A stretch of 64,000 nt of DNA from Paramecium tetraurelia (GCA_000165425.1 CT868075.1:1-64000), one strand, 5' to 3'. Positions 24,095 to 38,114 are shown, counted from the first letter of the stretch. Program-made: numbers and translations. The notes: generated by a model from the letters alone, not told the origin.

Positions 24095-27000
24095 ATGAGT
24101 GGCGTATAAATCAAAGGACCACAAAATATTTTGAGAAAACACAAAACAGAACCTGATAAATTGAGTAGATTTCATTCCAGTGATATGAGAGGTACTTTGT
24201 AGGTTCTTATTTAGGACCATTTAAGTACGAACCTCTATAAAACATCTCTCACCCTATACAACCTGATGATGATGTTTCCGTCAGAGATCCAACTTTAAGG
24301 ACAGTGGATAAATCAAAGCTTTCGCAATCCCAATATTAAATTAACTCTATACGATCGAAGACTCCAATTAGCGAACCAGATGAGAGTCCGTTTATGTTGA
24401 CATTTCCATAGAGGTAACTGGAAACCACACGAAAAAGAAGCAAAAGCAAACTAATTATGTACTTTATAGAAAGGATCAGAAAAAGATTTAAAATAGATAG
24501 TAAGGCTAAATAATTTTAATATTTGTTCGATTAAGAAACCAATTCAAAAGATTATAATTGTACACTTTATGAATTTAAATAGAGGGACTTTGTTACCTTC
24601 GTCATGGATCTTACAAGCTTGGAACTTGACATTTTATTTAATTTTGAATTTGATGATTGTCCATGTTCCTCTGTCAACAACTTTGATCGTAAAGGATTTG
24701 AATTACGTTTTCTTGGTATTTAAATGTCTGGACGTTGGAGTTCAATTGTGCAGTTCTTTCACAGAGAATGGACAATTCATTACAAACTTCAAATTGATTT
24801 AAATCCGATATAACAAATAATTGTTGTTGCATGACTCAGTATAATATCCAAAGTTATTGCTTAGTTCACTATTTTAGGATTGATCTTCTTGAATACCTTA
24901 GCATCGAGTTTTAAATTCTACGTACTCACAGCAGTATTGTTGAGTTTAATCAAGCGATTTTATGAGATTGAGATACACTTGAAATTTGAATTCAATTTAT
25001 TTCATCCTATAGTTTTGGTGATAAATTCAATAATTAAGATGATTCTAATCTTCCATGTGATCACTTGCTATCAATATGGATTATTCAACCAATATCATGA
25101 ACACTTTGGCTCTTACTTATCCTCTCTTAATATGATTGTATCAATCTATGCTTTCAATTCCAACTATGTACCTGATGAATAGGAGGAATTGCTATTCAAT
25201 TGTTTAGTCAATTTTAGTGCCATCATTATTTTTGCTTACTTTTTAACCCAATTTATGTATTTATTCAAGAGCAATAGAATATCTGAACAACTCAGTGAGT
25301 TTTTAGCAATAAATAAATTAGATTCCAATTTGAAATTCAAAATTACTAACCATATCTTTAATCAACCAAAATTCTATCACAATTAATTTATATCCAAATT
25401 GTCAGGTTAACTGCTTCAAGAATTCAATCACATTCAGAGATCCTAATTACTTACTAAATATTTTAAATTCTATAATCAACATACAATAAACACACTCATC
25501 AATTATTGCGAAGACATGATATGCTAGCCTAACTAAGTCATAGTGACTGAATCAGAACACGATGATTGTTCTTTGTACTTCATCTTGGAAGGCAATTTTA
25601 AAGTAGTCAATAAGATGGGAGTTTAATTATAAATATTGGGAGTATTTCAAATTATTATTAATAGTCAACCCAAACTTTTGGTGAAATTTCTTTTTACACT
25701 CAATTGCCCAGATCTGCAACGGTAATAAGTGAAGGTGTATGCAGATTGCTAAGAATCAGAAGGGAAGTCTTCCTTAAATTGCTAACATTTAGTGACAAAG
25801 TACATTTTACACCTATTCACTAAGCAATACTTCTATAATCTTAAAGATCGCATATTGATTCACAAGGACATGCCTTGTTTATGTTTCTGTTGCCAACAAA
25901 GTGATCATCTAGTGACTAAGTGTCCTTTATTGACCTATAGACCAGACAAGGAAAAAGTGATAAAGACCTACATCTACCCTATTAAAAACCTCAGGAAAAA
26001 ATGTAAGATTCTATTCCTCATTTCTAGTTGATAGAAAGATAAACAGAGAAATTAAGGCTTATGATTTCTTGAAAGATGCCGAGGCTAATCAGGATTATTT
26101 GTTGTAGTTGTATTCGGATAACCATTTTCAATCCTCCAATCAGTTTAGTTAATCCAATCTACCATATGATGATGTATATATTAAAGATTCCTATGCTTCT
26201 GCATAGAGTTTTAGTAGAGTAAGCAGAGAGAAATCGTTGTTGAAGAGCACCTCGTTACTAAAGGAGAAATCTATCTATGAATAACAACAGTCTTTGATAA
26301 ATGACGTGTAAGATATATATATATAATTTTATCTCAAAGCTTTTTGGAAACTGCAGACAATCAGTATATTGTACATTAAGGAGAGTTGGACGATGATAAG
26401 TTTGTCAGTTTGGTGAGAAAGGATTAATAAAAGAATACCTTTGCCACTGCTGGCTTTGGCAATCTGGGACAGCAATCAATTAAGGATCAAAAATCATTGA
26501 ATGTCATTATCGAGAATGAGAGTTCAGAAAACTCTCCTTCCTTAGAGAATGTGTTAGAATAAGGCAATTAACCCCAAAGAAACAAAGATCCTAAGTTGAC
26601 CTTCAATTACAATTTTGATAATCAGATGAGTGAATTACAGAATAAGTACTAATAGTATTAGAGGAATGTTTCAGAATCTATTAATAATTCTGTTCTTAGA
26701 CAAGAAAATAGACAAACCTCCATCAGATAGAACTCTTCTAGATCCCAAACTTATAGTCCTCTTACTTCCAACAACATTACTGCTAATTCATATCGCTCAC
26801 AAATCAAATAAAATGAAAACACTCAGACTCCTTCAGGAAAACCGAGGAGATCCTCCAATTCCAATTACACTGTCAGATCCATCTCCGGAATCAATAGGCA
26901 ATATACTGATAGTCCAGAGCTACAAAGCAGAAAAGGAACCAATAGGAAAAAATCAACCAGAACTGGAACCAAGGTATCCGTTGCACCTTCTCAATTCTAA

Positions 27001-27341
27001 CCTTTTAGTGGATTTGATGTAAATATTCTTAATAAATCATTAAAGAATCCTGTCATAACTGTGTTTGGGGACGACGACTTTGAGAAACTATACTTATTTG
27101 AAGTATATCTACCTTACAACAATTATGATATTGTCATTTACAAGTATACTCTAATGACCATCATTTTAGGTTTAATCAGTACAACAAACAAAATAGATTA
27201 AAGAAACTATCGAAATACTTTTTATCCTTTAAATTAGCAGTATAAATCTAGAGATTGAAAGCAAAGTAATAGTATATAAATTACGAATTAGACAAATTAA
27301 ATAATGATGTTGATGATGATGATATATTTATTATGTATTGA
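24095..27341 (+). CDS. Cyclic-nucleotide-binding (KCNH/CNG-type) channel-like protein with a degenerate pore
   Basis: Multi-TM region at about 24590-25270, C-linker, CNBD (LYFILEG...TFGEISFYTQLPRSATV), Zn-knuckle CFCCQQSDHLVTKCP and C-terminal DFEKLYLFEVYLPYNNY motif. No GYG filter. Several introns. Confidence 0.82.
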
Positions 27342-27456
27342 TAATTGTAGCTTTTATTTGTATTTTGATTTCTATTCTAAATTCTATAATAATTTATTGT
27401 TCAATTTTAATCCTAAACCCCTAAAAAATAAATAAAATTAATTCATGTTTATGCTA

Positions 27457-28341
27457 TCAGTTTATCTCAAGAACTTTCACCAATTTATCATCTTCCCATT
27501 AAGCAATCTACACTTAACCTTTTTCATTCTTACTCTTCCCTATACCATGTCTTTTATTGTTTTTGAATTGCCCATCATAAAAGCTTTCGTCATTGCAAAT
27601 AAATATCCCTTTTCCATCCATCTTGCCTTCCTTCATCTATCCTATGTAATTACCTTTCAGACTTCTAACATTCCCTTCAATCATCTAATCCTCATAAAAT
27701 TAGCCTTCCAAAATAGTCCCTCCCTCTTAAATTATCATCACATCAGTACCAATATTCTACTTAACTTTGTTGGTTTTGGCAAAAAGTATCAATTTCCCTT
27801 ACCCATGCATCTAGCCATCTTTTACCTATCCCTTGTAATAGAGAGAGTTGGTTATGAATATTGATCCTTCCCCTGTAATCTGTCCTTATTCCCAGTCTCC
27901 TTGATACTAGGCGCCTTCATTGAATACAATCGTCCCTTTTCCATGAGCTACCCCTTTGGAATGTTGACCATAGTAATATTGATAGTCCTAATCGCTCATG
28001 TAAATTGTACAGCCTTTACCTTCAAGCACATTATTTTTCCAAAAGCCTAAAAAGTACCTGTCCTGCCTATCAGAGACAAGCTCTCCATAACCGCTCTGTA
28101 TAAATTCCTTCTCCCTTTAACCGCGATAGGACCCATTGAGTGCAAGAGTAAAGTCCTCTTTTTAATTTATTTTTTCTTTCCAAATTTATTTTAATTCAAT
28201 GTCCTTTTCCAAAACTTCCATTATACATTCCTTCAATCGTTCATTTGTAATTTATGAGATCACCAAATTCTTATTTCTTTAACGAGCTACAAATAACTTT
28301 TGTTCTGTTTGAAATTAGTTTGTCGCCACAGTTGATCCCAT
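27457..28341 (-). CDS. MORN-repeat protein, possibly N-myristoylated
   Basis: Intronless 295-codon ORF starting MGSTVAT. Repeats such as YYGQHSKGVAHGKGTI, YQGDWEQGQITGEGSI, YKGQVKDGQMHGQGKL. Confidence 0.88.
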
Positions 28342-28480
28342 TTTAAATAAATTTATTATAATGAAGGTGAAAAACAAATACATTAATGAAATTAAACACT
28401 ACAACTACTTATTCAAGCGTTTGATTATGGATATACGGCATCGAGTAAAATGAAATGAAAACAATATAATACATAACCAT

Positions 28481-29940
28481 TCAAGATTTATTCTTTTTTT
28501 CATCCTTTAAGGCTTAAATTCTCCAACTTTCAGAAAATTCATTTATTCTTGACATGAATTCCTAATGAAAGCCAACAGAACCCTAATTAACTGGTACCTT
28601 AAGCTTTGATTGATGTACTTATATTGTCTATGATTTATTATTTTATTGTCTTATTTGATTATTAGATTAAGATTTTGATTGCAAATTTGATAGATCTAAT
28701 TTGAATTTAACACTATTGGTTTTAATTTCGAGATTTTTGTATTGAAATTTCCTCACACTCTCCAAAATGGAATCATTCTCAAATCTGTTAAGAAAGCAAA
28801 AACTAGATTCATCAGAATCATTTACAATAGAATTATCAGCATCATTGTCATTTCTTTCAAAATTATGTTGTTAAAATCCTTGCAACTTATCCTCTGATTC
28901 TAGGACACTTTCATCATTAAGCACTTCTTCATTATATATTTTTTCAATGTCAATCCCACTTCTCTTGATCGCTAAAACTAATTTGATTAACTTGGCTTCT
29001 TTCTCACTCATTTCTTGTAATTTAATCTGTATCTCTTTCAATTAGACAGTATCCTCACTATCAATTTGAATCGGGTTAATTGCATTAATGGTATTGATGG
29101 CATTAGTTGATTATTATTATTTCGATGATTTAAGTTGATTAATTGAATCAATCAAGAGATCTCTTTCTTTTTCAATAACTTTGTAATTGTTTAGACATAA
29201 TTCCTTTTCTCGATTGATTTTGTCAATGATTTCGTTGAACTTAGATTCTTATTCGCACAATATCTCAATTGATATATTGTTCATCATTTCAAATAAATTA
29301 TTGATAATTCTAATAGAGATGTCATTGATAGGAGTAGATTGGATGAATTGATGTTTGTACACATGTAATAGATTGCTTTATTTGAATAATTATTCTTTAT
29401 AGATTTCCCATTTTGAATGATATTTTTTCTTGATGATGATCGATTGAATTTAAGTGTTAAGATTATGCAGTTCCTGATTTTTAGGTTTCCTTTGTGCTGG
29501 ACTTTAAGAATCATTAGTGAGATTGGTATTTAGATTCTATTTGGATCTATATAATGAAATTTGAATTACAGTTGCTAAAGTAAAGTTGTTGAGAACAAAT
29601 GACTATCACCAACAATCTTCCTTAATTTCTAGCCATTTTGCGAGGATTGAAGAGAATCGTCTTCAAATTACATGGTGCCCATTACACGACTTTTGGAGCT
29701 ACAATTGGTGCGATTATTGGTGTTTTCTGAGAAGTTGTTTTTGGGTTATTTGTAGCGTTTCTCTTCAATCGATTTGGAAGTGGACACAGGTTGTTTGATG
29801 GTCAAACGCGATTGTTGAAACTTAGGAGGAATATGAAAGAAATTATTTTATTCTGGATAAATGTTAGGTTGAGATGACTATTTGGGTATCACTACTCTGA
29901 CCAAGGTCTCTTTTACAGTGTTTTGAGGAACTCGTTGCAT
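28481..29940 (-). CDS. Hypothetical coiled-coil protein with C-terminal GFHQEFM...EFSESWR motif
   Basis: MQRVPQNTVKETLVRVVIPK...KEAKLIKLVLAIKRSGIDIEKIY...GFHQEFMSRINEFSESWRIQALKDEKKNKS*. Confidence 0.7.
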
Positions 29941-29965
29941 TTCTGGTAAATTTAATTAAAAATAT

Positions 29966-31593
29966 TCATTCTAATAGAGGTGGTAATGCTGAACGGCAAG
30001 TGGGACACTGCATTTTGATGTCGATCCAACTGCGAAGACAAGAGGGATGGAACCAATGATTACAAGGAGTTTGCATGGCTTGTTTGAGTATCAGTTTTTC
30101 AGTGGGGGCTTCTGCAGTTAAGGGGTCTTCCATTAAGGAGGTCAAGCAGATTGCACATTCTTCCTAGAGAAATGAGAAAATGATGGGTACATGATCGTCT
30201 TATATATTAAGTGTTCTGTAATAATTGTACTGTTTAGGCAGGAAACATTTGGGGATGAATGATCTTGGGCCCAATTTGAATTGGATATAAAGGACAATTA
30301 TTTGGAATAGGTACTCACTCAAATAGATCATGCAAAAAGCAAAGGAGGGTTCAAGGCCATGCAAGTTACTTGGACATCCTCTATTGTAGATCTAAAATAT
30401 GATAATGATATACTTAGTAGAACATACTTGGGACCAAGATACCAAAAACAAAATAAGAGATGAATTTAGGGTTGTTACCAAGACGAATATTATGGATAAT
30501 TTGTGGGAGTAGAATTAAGCCAGTTAAACAGATGAACCAATTATAATTGGAAAGGAAGTACATCAATACAAAATAGATGATGAGACTGAAATCTAATTTA
30601 ATTTAGAGTGGCTTACAGAATTAAACAAAAAAGTAGGTGATTGCTCTTCTCATTCTTTGTTGGTCGAATAGGTCTTCCAGATGTCGACTTCTCCACACTA
30701 TCCAAATCAACTTCATGTCACAGGTGGTTGCCAACAAGAAGTAGAAGAAAGCAGGTAAAACAAAGTATTAGAAGTATTGCTAGGGTTGATCACATAATTT
30801 ACATAATTGATTAATGCTGAATAGAGATTTTGAAGACAGATGTAGGAATCTTGAACAGTCAAAAAACCAACTGCAAAAAAGGAGATCTAACATATATTTG
30901 ATAGGTTTTACTTTGTTTGAGTCTTCGACATTCTCAATTAAAGCTTTGCACAGTTTTGTGACGAATAAAAATTAAGTAAAGCATATCATCACTGACATTG
31001 CACAATACATAATAATCCTTAATAAATAGTTTGTGGTGTCTAGAGTCAGATCCAGTTCAATATCAACGTCGCAACTTGAATCCAATGATTTATTATAAGT
31101 TTGTAAATGCGCTTTGATCTTAGCATGTTCCTTATCGTAGTTTTCACCTTCAAATTCGATATTGACAGTATATGCTATTTCGCATCTCTCTCTCGAATAA
31201 TGGGTTCTCCTGAATTTGTAGGCCGTAGAATAGTTCAATACACTAATGTTCTCGAATGAACTAACATTAAATCACTCTTTACATATCACTCTCAGTGTAA
31301 TTGGTCAATTTAAATATGCCGAATACCTGTCTCTATTCTTGGTATTTGGGGTTCAACAACTAAAACTCGAATCTGTCGATGAGATCATCACTATTTTGTT
31401 GTGAGCTATTTGACAAGAATATCATATAGGCATCTCCCTATTCAACTGACAAGTATTGGAATTATTGATCCTTTTTCAACGATGTCCACAATCCCTTGTA
31501 TTCATACCCATACAGAATCTTCGACAAATCAGCAACATTTTATGGACGCTCCCCGAGTCCTACAACTAATTGCAACAAAATTAAGCATAACAT
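29966..31593 (-). CDS. Transmembrane RING-H2 E3 ubiquitin ligase, Tul1/Dsc1/FLY-like
   Basis: Signal peptide MLCLILLQLVVG, lumenal domain, multiple TM helices, then FLPKQYNYYR and a C-terminal RING-H2 ECAICL...TPCNHWFHPSCLRSWIDIKMQCPTCRSALPPL. Confidence 0.85.
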
Positions 31594-31658
31594 TATAAAA
31601 TTATTTATAATCTAACCTTCCCCTTTATTCACACCTATATAATTTAAATTTCAAATAA

Positions 31659-32673
31659 ATGAAAACAATCTCAGAAAACAAGTCATTTGTTCAACACATC
31701 AAACAAAAACAAGACGAATTCAAAGTATATCACATACATATCCAAGAAAACCCTTCAATTCCCTGCCAAAAAAGAACCACTCCTCCTCCAATAACCTAAT
31801 TTTACCTCGCTCACATCACCTAATCAACGAAGAGAACAAACACCCAATCAGAGAAAAGCCAAAATTGAAAGTACTCATCCCTTGTAAATAGGCGAAAACT
31901 CATGCTCTCCTACTCTCTTTCGCACTCCACAAATCAGTTTACATCATGAATACAACAAGAAGGGTGCTCATTAAAGATAACCTAGTCACAATAGAAGTCG
32001 CAATGAAAATATCTCCACTATCAAAGAAAGAAGAGAACATAATGCCGACTCTGTTACTAGGGATTACTCCAAAGTCTTAGAAGAAGTTATGAAAAAATAT
32101 CGCCTCCTCAAAACAGAATTAGTTACTAAAGACAAAGAAGTCCAAAAAACACAATTCTATAAAGACGAATGGCTTAAAGAAAAGGTATGCACTCATTCTA
32201 TCTAGAAACGCAATGAAATCATCTAAGAGAGAAACAAGAATTTGAAAATGAAATTGCTCAAAATCATGGAACTAGTCCAATAAGATTAATTACAATCAAA
32301 TTTTGAATCTGAGGTACTTTTGTATTTGTATCGTGATAGTTAATAGGGTATCATAGCTGGTCTTTAGACAGAAAATAAATATTTACGTTAGATGTTGCAT
32401 TTATATGATGTTACTGATGTTTCTGAATAACTCTAATAACTCGAAAGCGAACAAGATCATGAGGTTGATTAAATAGACAACATACTTAATGTATTCTTAG
32501 GTGATCTTAGAACCATTGAGAAAAATAGAAAAGAAAAGAAAGACAACTCATAACAAGGTTTTTATTTACAATCATCTTTAGCCCAATTTAATTCCTTATC
32601 CTTAACAGTACTTAACAAGCAATCCAGTTTAGTTGATTTATCAGAAGATAAATTGTTAATGGAATAATAATGA
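31659..32673 (+). CDS. Hypothetical coiled-coil protein
   Basis: MKTISENKSFVQHIKQKQDEFK..., several tiny introns, heptad region KVLEEVMKKYRLLKTEL...LQTENKYLRQML, TGA at 32671-32673. Confidence 0.65.
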
Positions 32674-32975
32674 AATATTAAAATAGAATTTTTATAATTA
32701 AACTAAATAAATTCAATTCTTAAAATAATTCATTTCAAATTTAGGATAACTTTTACAATTAAGATATTAATCAATAATAGTTTCCAATGATTATTAATCA
32801 AACATCAGTTACCCTTATTGTTTTTATACAATTATGTGTAAATCAAACATTCAATTAAGATTAGGTAAAATGTACTAGAAGATGATTTCACCCTTTAGAA
32901 ACTCAATTAATATAAAATTAGCAATATATATGATTTTATATCAACTAATGTTAAATGATCACTTCAAGATATATA

Positions 32976-34282
32976 TCAACATTATAATAAGTATGGCAAA
33001 GTATTATATTTCAAGTTAGATTTGTAGTGCTTGTAGGTAGGAGTTCTTTACTTTTGTTATGTAAATGATCTAACTGGCAATGTTTTGTTGGGAGATTAAT
33101 TAGTTTAAATGGTCATAATTCTTGGTCTAGGCTTAATATATTTCATGGTATGTTTTTATTTAATTTATTTTAATAATATTCCTAATTAATAAATGATTTA
33201 AATACCTTCATATTTAGTAAAAGAGTCAATATCTCGAAACAATTAATTATACTATATTTTTGAACCCTTATGTATCTCCTTAAATACATATTCAGTTTCT
33301 CTGTCCTTTGTAATGTTAAATTATTTCTCATTGAAACCAAACTCTTATTTTTTTTTCTCGTATTCGCTGTTTAAGAAAGTAGTGTATTACTTAACTACAT
33401 CATCGTTGATGGAATCCATTAATTGAAGTGGGTTTAGTTGTTTTTAATTTAATTTTTTATCCTCAATAACAATATTTTAAAAGCTGACATTCTATGAGTC
33501 CACAAAGTAATAATGCCTTAATTTCTCTATGCTCCATTTGAAGATTCCATGTGTTATTTTAATATTCCTTACTTTTTCAAGAAAGTGTATTATTTTGTAA
33601 GTGTAATATTGACACAATGACTCTTAAGTTAGGCTTCTTTCATACTGATCTTCCTCCTCATCTGTGATAAATTGAGATGAAGCAATTACAATGTCCTTTG
33701 TCAAGATGCCTACTTCAATGTATGCTCGTTTGTATAAAGTTGTGGAATCATCTTATTCTGCCACATATAGAACTCTTTGATCCACCAAATATTATGACTG
33801 TAAATAGAATATTTCCTTCCAAATTGTTTCATTTCTTCTCTTGTTGAGTAGAATGGTGAATTCAATATCCGTCATCATTTAAAGATTCTAATCGACATAT
33901 TTACAAATGCAGCCATTTTTAGGCATCAATGCTTTCAGTCTATAGTGTGGCAGATTCCTGAGTTATTTATATTGACCATTAAGATTTGTTCTTCTTTAGG
34001 AGATGAATAATTCTACTTCACCTTAATTAAAAATAGAGATCTCAGGAATATTGAATCTGAATGTCTTAAGACTCTGAGGCTAAAGGGCTTTTAGAATTTA
34101 TGTATAGGTAAGTTGCTATGATTAATTTTAAACAATGAGTGTTTCTCGTGCAAGTTCATCATTCATTTAATTAATAATGTAATTACAGATAAAACTGTTA
34201 ATATTAAAGATCGTTCAAAAGAATCTAATTTATGAAGAATTTAGTAAAACAATCGATATCGAATGGATCCACATATATCCAT
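32976..34282 (-). CDS. Hypothetical protein
   Basis: Long code-6 frame MDICGSIRYRLFYQILHKLDSFER...WKEIFYLQSQ...YKIIHFLEKVRNIKITHGIFKW...TLPYLLQC*. Probable intron near 33180-33205. Confidence 0.6.
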
Positions 34283-34662
34283 TCATTATTATAACTTAAT
34301 AAATAGTTAACTCAATATCTAATAATATCATTTTAGATTATAATTACTGGTTTAAAATTGCAATCAATTATATTTTGGTAAAATAAATTCTCATTAAAAA
34401 TTAGTTAGATTATATTATATTTAAATTAATTGTCACTACTTTGGTAGATATTAGGACTCAGAGGCTTAATGGATAAGTTAATAGTAAGAATTTTAAAATA
34501 ATTTGTGAAGAAATTATTATATCAAAAACTAAAGTTTCCAACCATTCTTATTTAAAAAAAGTAAATTAATTTAATATTTAGATAGAATTGTATCAACCAT
34601 TTCTTTAGAATAACTTAGATATTAATCTGGAAGTAAGTTTAAAATGTATTATATTCTCAATT

Positions 34663-35757
34663 TCAGTTTAAGATCCTAGAATAATTTATAATTAATTCGT
34701 CATCTAAAATAATAAGCTCTTGCTTGTAATTATCATAGTTAGGACCAAATAAATTATGCTTAATAAAATTTTAGAGTTCTATCTTTGAAGTATTTATTGG
34801 TATATATTCTTCAAAATAATACCAAATTTAATCTATAATGCTCCTAATTTTATATTTCTTCTAAAAATCTCCAAAAAAATAGTATTTTTATTCCTAAGAT
34901 TCATCTAACTATAAGACTTCAAGCTTGAAATCATTTATAGCATGAATATTTTCGAGTTCAAATAATATTACATCATTTATAAAATATATTTGTCTAAAAT
35001 ATTAGGTTTATTTAATTGTAACATGTTTTTGAATTAATTCAACTAGTGGAAGGTCATTATAGTCATACACTTCCATATCGTCATTCAATTATATTTTTAT
35101 CTGTTTTTTCGAAAATCGTTGAATCTTCTTACTTTTATATAAAGCAAATTGGAATTTTTCAATAGAACTTTTATTGGGTTTTTAATTTGGATCGATTGAT
35201 TTTATTGTGATTGTGATACCTTTGCCGGTTTAAAAATCTATTATTTATCGAAGATCATATGGTTGAATTTCTGTTCCATTTATAAAAATAGCCAATGGAC
35301 GAGCAATTTTGAGTTGATGATTTTAAAATAATTCGACTAAAATATCATGAAAAACACAGGATATTGGAGTAGTTATAATTTATTCTATAAATAGTTCTAT
35401 TTTCTTAACTTTCAACTCTACTTATACTTTATATATTCTTTTATTAATAGTGTTTTGTATAAATGTTAGAAAGAGTGTGCAATAATTTGTAAAACCCAAA
35501 GTTTTAAGAGTCCTTGAGTCATTCTGTGATATATATACATCATTAAGCAGTAAACCTTTTAATTTAAACTAGGTTAGATCTACTTGGCAGTTTATACATT
35601 CTTTTATTCCATTTATGAATACATTAAATAACCATTCAGGATCAACACACGTTTAAAGATTAAACTTTTTGTCACCGTGACTTACAGCAATATTTACTGT
35701 AATATTTGATTCATTGACTTTGCTGCGTCGTTAATTTTAACCCATTAGTTGATTCAT
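34663..35757 (-). CDS. Hypothetical protein with possible tandem ubiquitin-like folds
   Basis: Intronless 365-codon ORF MNQLMGQNQRRSK... Segments LLNDVYISQNDSRTLKTLGFTNYCTLFL and FINGTEIQPYDLRQIIDFQTGKGITITI resemble Ubl C-terminal halves. Confidence 0.55.
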
Positions 35758-35861
35758 TTTAATTTTTCTTAATTTTTATACAAATAATATACTTTTGTTT
35801 AAATAAATTTTAGTTTGAGGAAGAGTATAAAATAAATATATAAAATACAATTAATAAAATA

Positions 35862-37075
35862 ATGTTTGATGAAGATTATTATCGAAGATTAATAGTTTAA
35901 TCATCAAATTAATCAATGAGAACAATAAATACTGATAGGCCATGGTATCCTAAGATGAAATAAAAACCTGCAGTGAGACCTTTGTTTAGTGAAGATTTTA
36001 AATTCTTTGTATTACCTCCTAATAAGATGATTTCATTATTAAAAAGACATAAAATAACAATTCCAACAGATGAATAGATTAGAGAATTTCTTAGGAATCA
36101 TTCTTTGAAGAATATCGTAAATTATGGAGTCAAATTGTAGAGTAGTACAGAAATAAAAGTGCATCCTCCTTCAGTGATCATTCAAAATCCAAGAAAGAGG
36201 GCAAATACTAAATAATAAATCAACATTAATAAAAAGACAATGAATATCTTACCTATTCGTAATGTAACAGAACCCAGTAAACATTCTACTTCTCAATACA
36301 AACCTTCATGTCATAAAACTTTCAGAATGTATAGGAGTGACTATTGCGATAAAGATGTTTATGGCATGTTAAAGAAATTAAATTTTTCACCTATGCAAAT
36401 GGATGAATCACCAAGACAAACCAAAGAAAACACTAACTTTAACACTTTGCCATCCTAAACATATGTAAAACCAATTGTGCCAAAAAGTGTATTGCCTTAT
36501 CCTCCTCGTTCAAAAAAACAGCTTCGATAATTACTGTTGAGAGCCATTAACAAGATCAAGAAATTGGGTCTGACTATTAAGTATGTGATGCAAAATAAGA
36601 TATTTTCAAAGAAGCCATATGAGAAACCACTTTCAAAACAATTTATTCATGCAGCCAAAAAGAATGAAATAGATGAAGTCTCAAACTTTCTATCAATCAA
36701 TCCTTATCTTGTTTTTGATTTTGATTTTTATAATATGACTGCTCTTCACTGGGCCTGTAAAAAGGGTTATGTTCAACTAGTAGAATTGCTGTTGCAATAC
36801 CATTCTGATGTTGATGGAGTTGATATCCTATACAGAACACCATTAATATTATCTATTGAGGAAAATCATTTGGAAATCACTCATATTCTATTGGCTCACG
36901 GCGCATATCCTTGGAGTACTGCTATTACTGATTTGAAAACTGTCTTAGAATCTAATGAAAAGGCTAAAAATCTCTTGACTAAAGTTAGAAGGGTAATATC
37001 TATTCTCATTATCTATTTTAGTTGCAAATTATGGCCAAATGGACTTAATAAAAAGATTACCTCAGTTTAATATGA
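35862..37075 (+). CDS. Ankyrin-repeat protein
   Basis: MTALHWACKKGYVQLVELLLQYHSDVD and YRTPLILSIEENHLEITHILLAHGAYPW. Upstream in-frame ATG at 35862; intron at about 36993-37021. Confidence 0.88.
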
Positions 37076-37118
37076 TCTTAATTACTTATATTTATAAAAA
37101 AAAATATCTAATAAATAG

Positions 37119-37343
37119 TCACAACTTCCTTCTGCGATATGGAACTGGAGAATAACTTCTAGATATAGCAAACCATTTTTTTCGATTCTCAACTATTTCG
37201 ATATGTTTGCGAAATTCCTTCATTTAATCTTTGAAGTTATAGAAAGGTCTTCTGTCTATTTACGCTAATCTTTTTAGTATCAAATGATTGGCTTCAGAAA
37301 TCTCAACCGAATTAGGGTATTTCCAAGGTTTTAAGGCTTTCAT
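37119..37343 (-). CDS. Small basic protein (74 aa), weakly CFAP97/KIAA1430-like
   Basis: MKALKPWKYPNSVEISEANHLILKRLAQIDRRPFYNFKDQMKEFRKHIEIVENRKKWFAISRSYSPVPYRRRKL*. Confidence 0.55.
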
Positions 37344-38114
37344 AATAATTATTTTTATATATAATTTTAGTTGTGCACTTAAATAAATATGTAATACGGA
37401 AAAATCTAATTAAATGGAATATATCTAAGATATTATAATTAATCATCTTCACTTAAAGTATAACCTAAATCTAAGTAATAGCAAATTAAGAATTGCAAGA
37501 GTTACGAAATATAAAAATGATGTTCTGGAGACCAATCTGTTTGTATTAGATATTAACAACCATAAGAATGTATGGTTAAATGGGTATGGACTTGGAAAAG
37601 GTGATTATAAAACTGTTAATAATTAACAATCTAGAAATTCATTTGTTGTATTATATTGATAAATAAAATAAAAAAGATAAATATCCCCCAAAAGAAGAAT
37701 GTTCTATTTATTTGTATTAAATGGTGTTTATTTGAGATTAGAGATGCAATAGATTTCTAATAACATAAGAAACTCAAACCCTTGGAATTCATAAAGGTTC
37801 ACTGAAAGCAATAAAATATTAATCTAAAAATAAAATATATTACACTTAAAATAAAATAAAATTATACATTTTAGTAAATAATTTTATACAATTTTGAAGA
37901 ACTTTTGTATATGTCCTAAAATGAGGAAATCAGATGATAATTTATGTGGAAAATTATCAATATTTAATTGATTTCTTTTTAAACCTTTTTTGAAATATGA
38001 GAGACTAAAATCCATAATTTATTCAAAACATTTGATGTTTCTCATTAACTACATATGATATTTTTTGTGTAATACATTTAGTCTTATAAATAAATATAAA
38101 TATTTATATTAATA

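Noticed and set aside
27410..27426. Internal telomeric repeat (cctaaacccctaaa; similar at about 58380 and 61750)
   Set aside because: Too short, and not the Paramecium C3A3/C4A2 hexamer array.
37389..37660. Short plus-strand ORF (about 80 aa) between the small basic gene and the cNMP gene
   Set aside because: No recognisable motif, and open frames of this size are common with a single stop codon.
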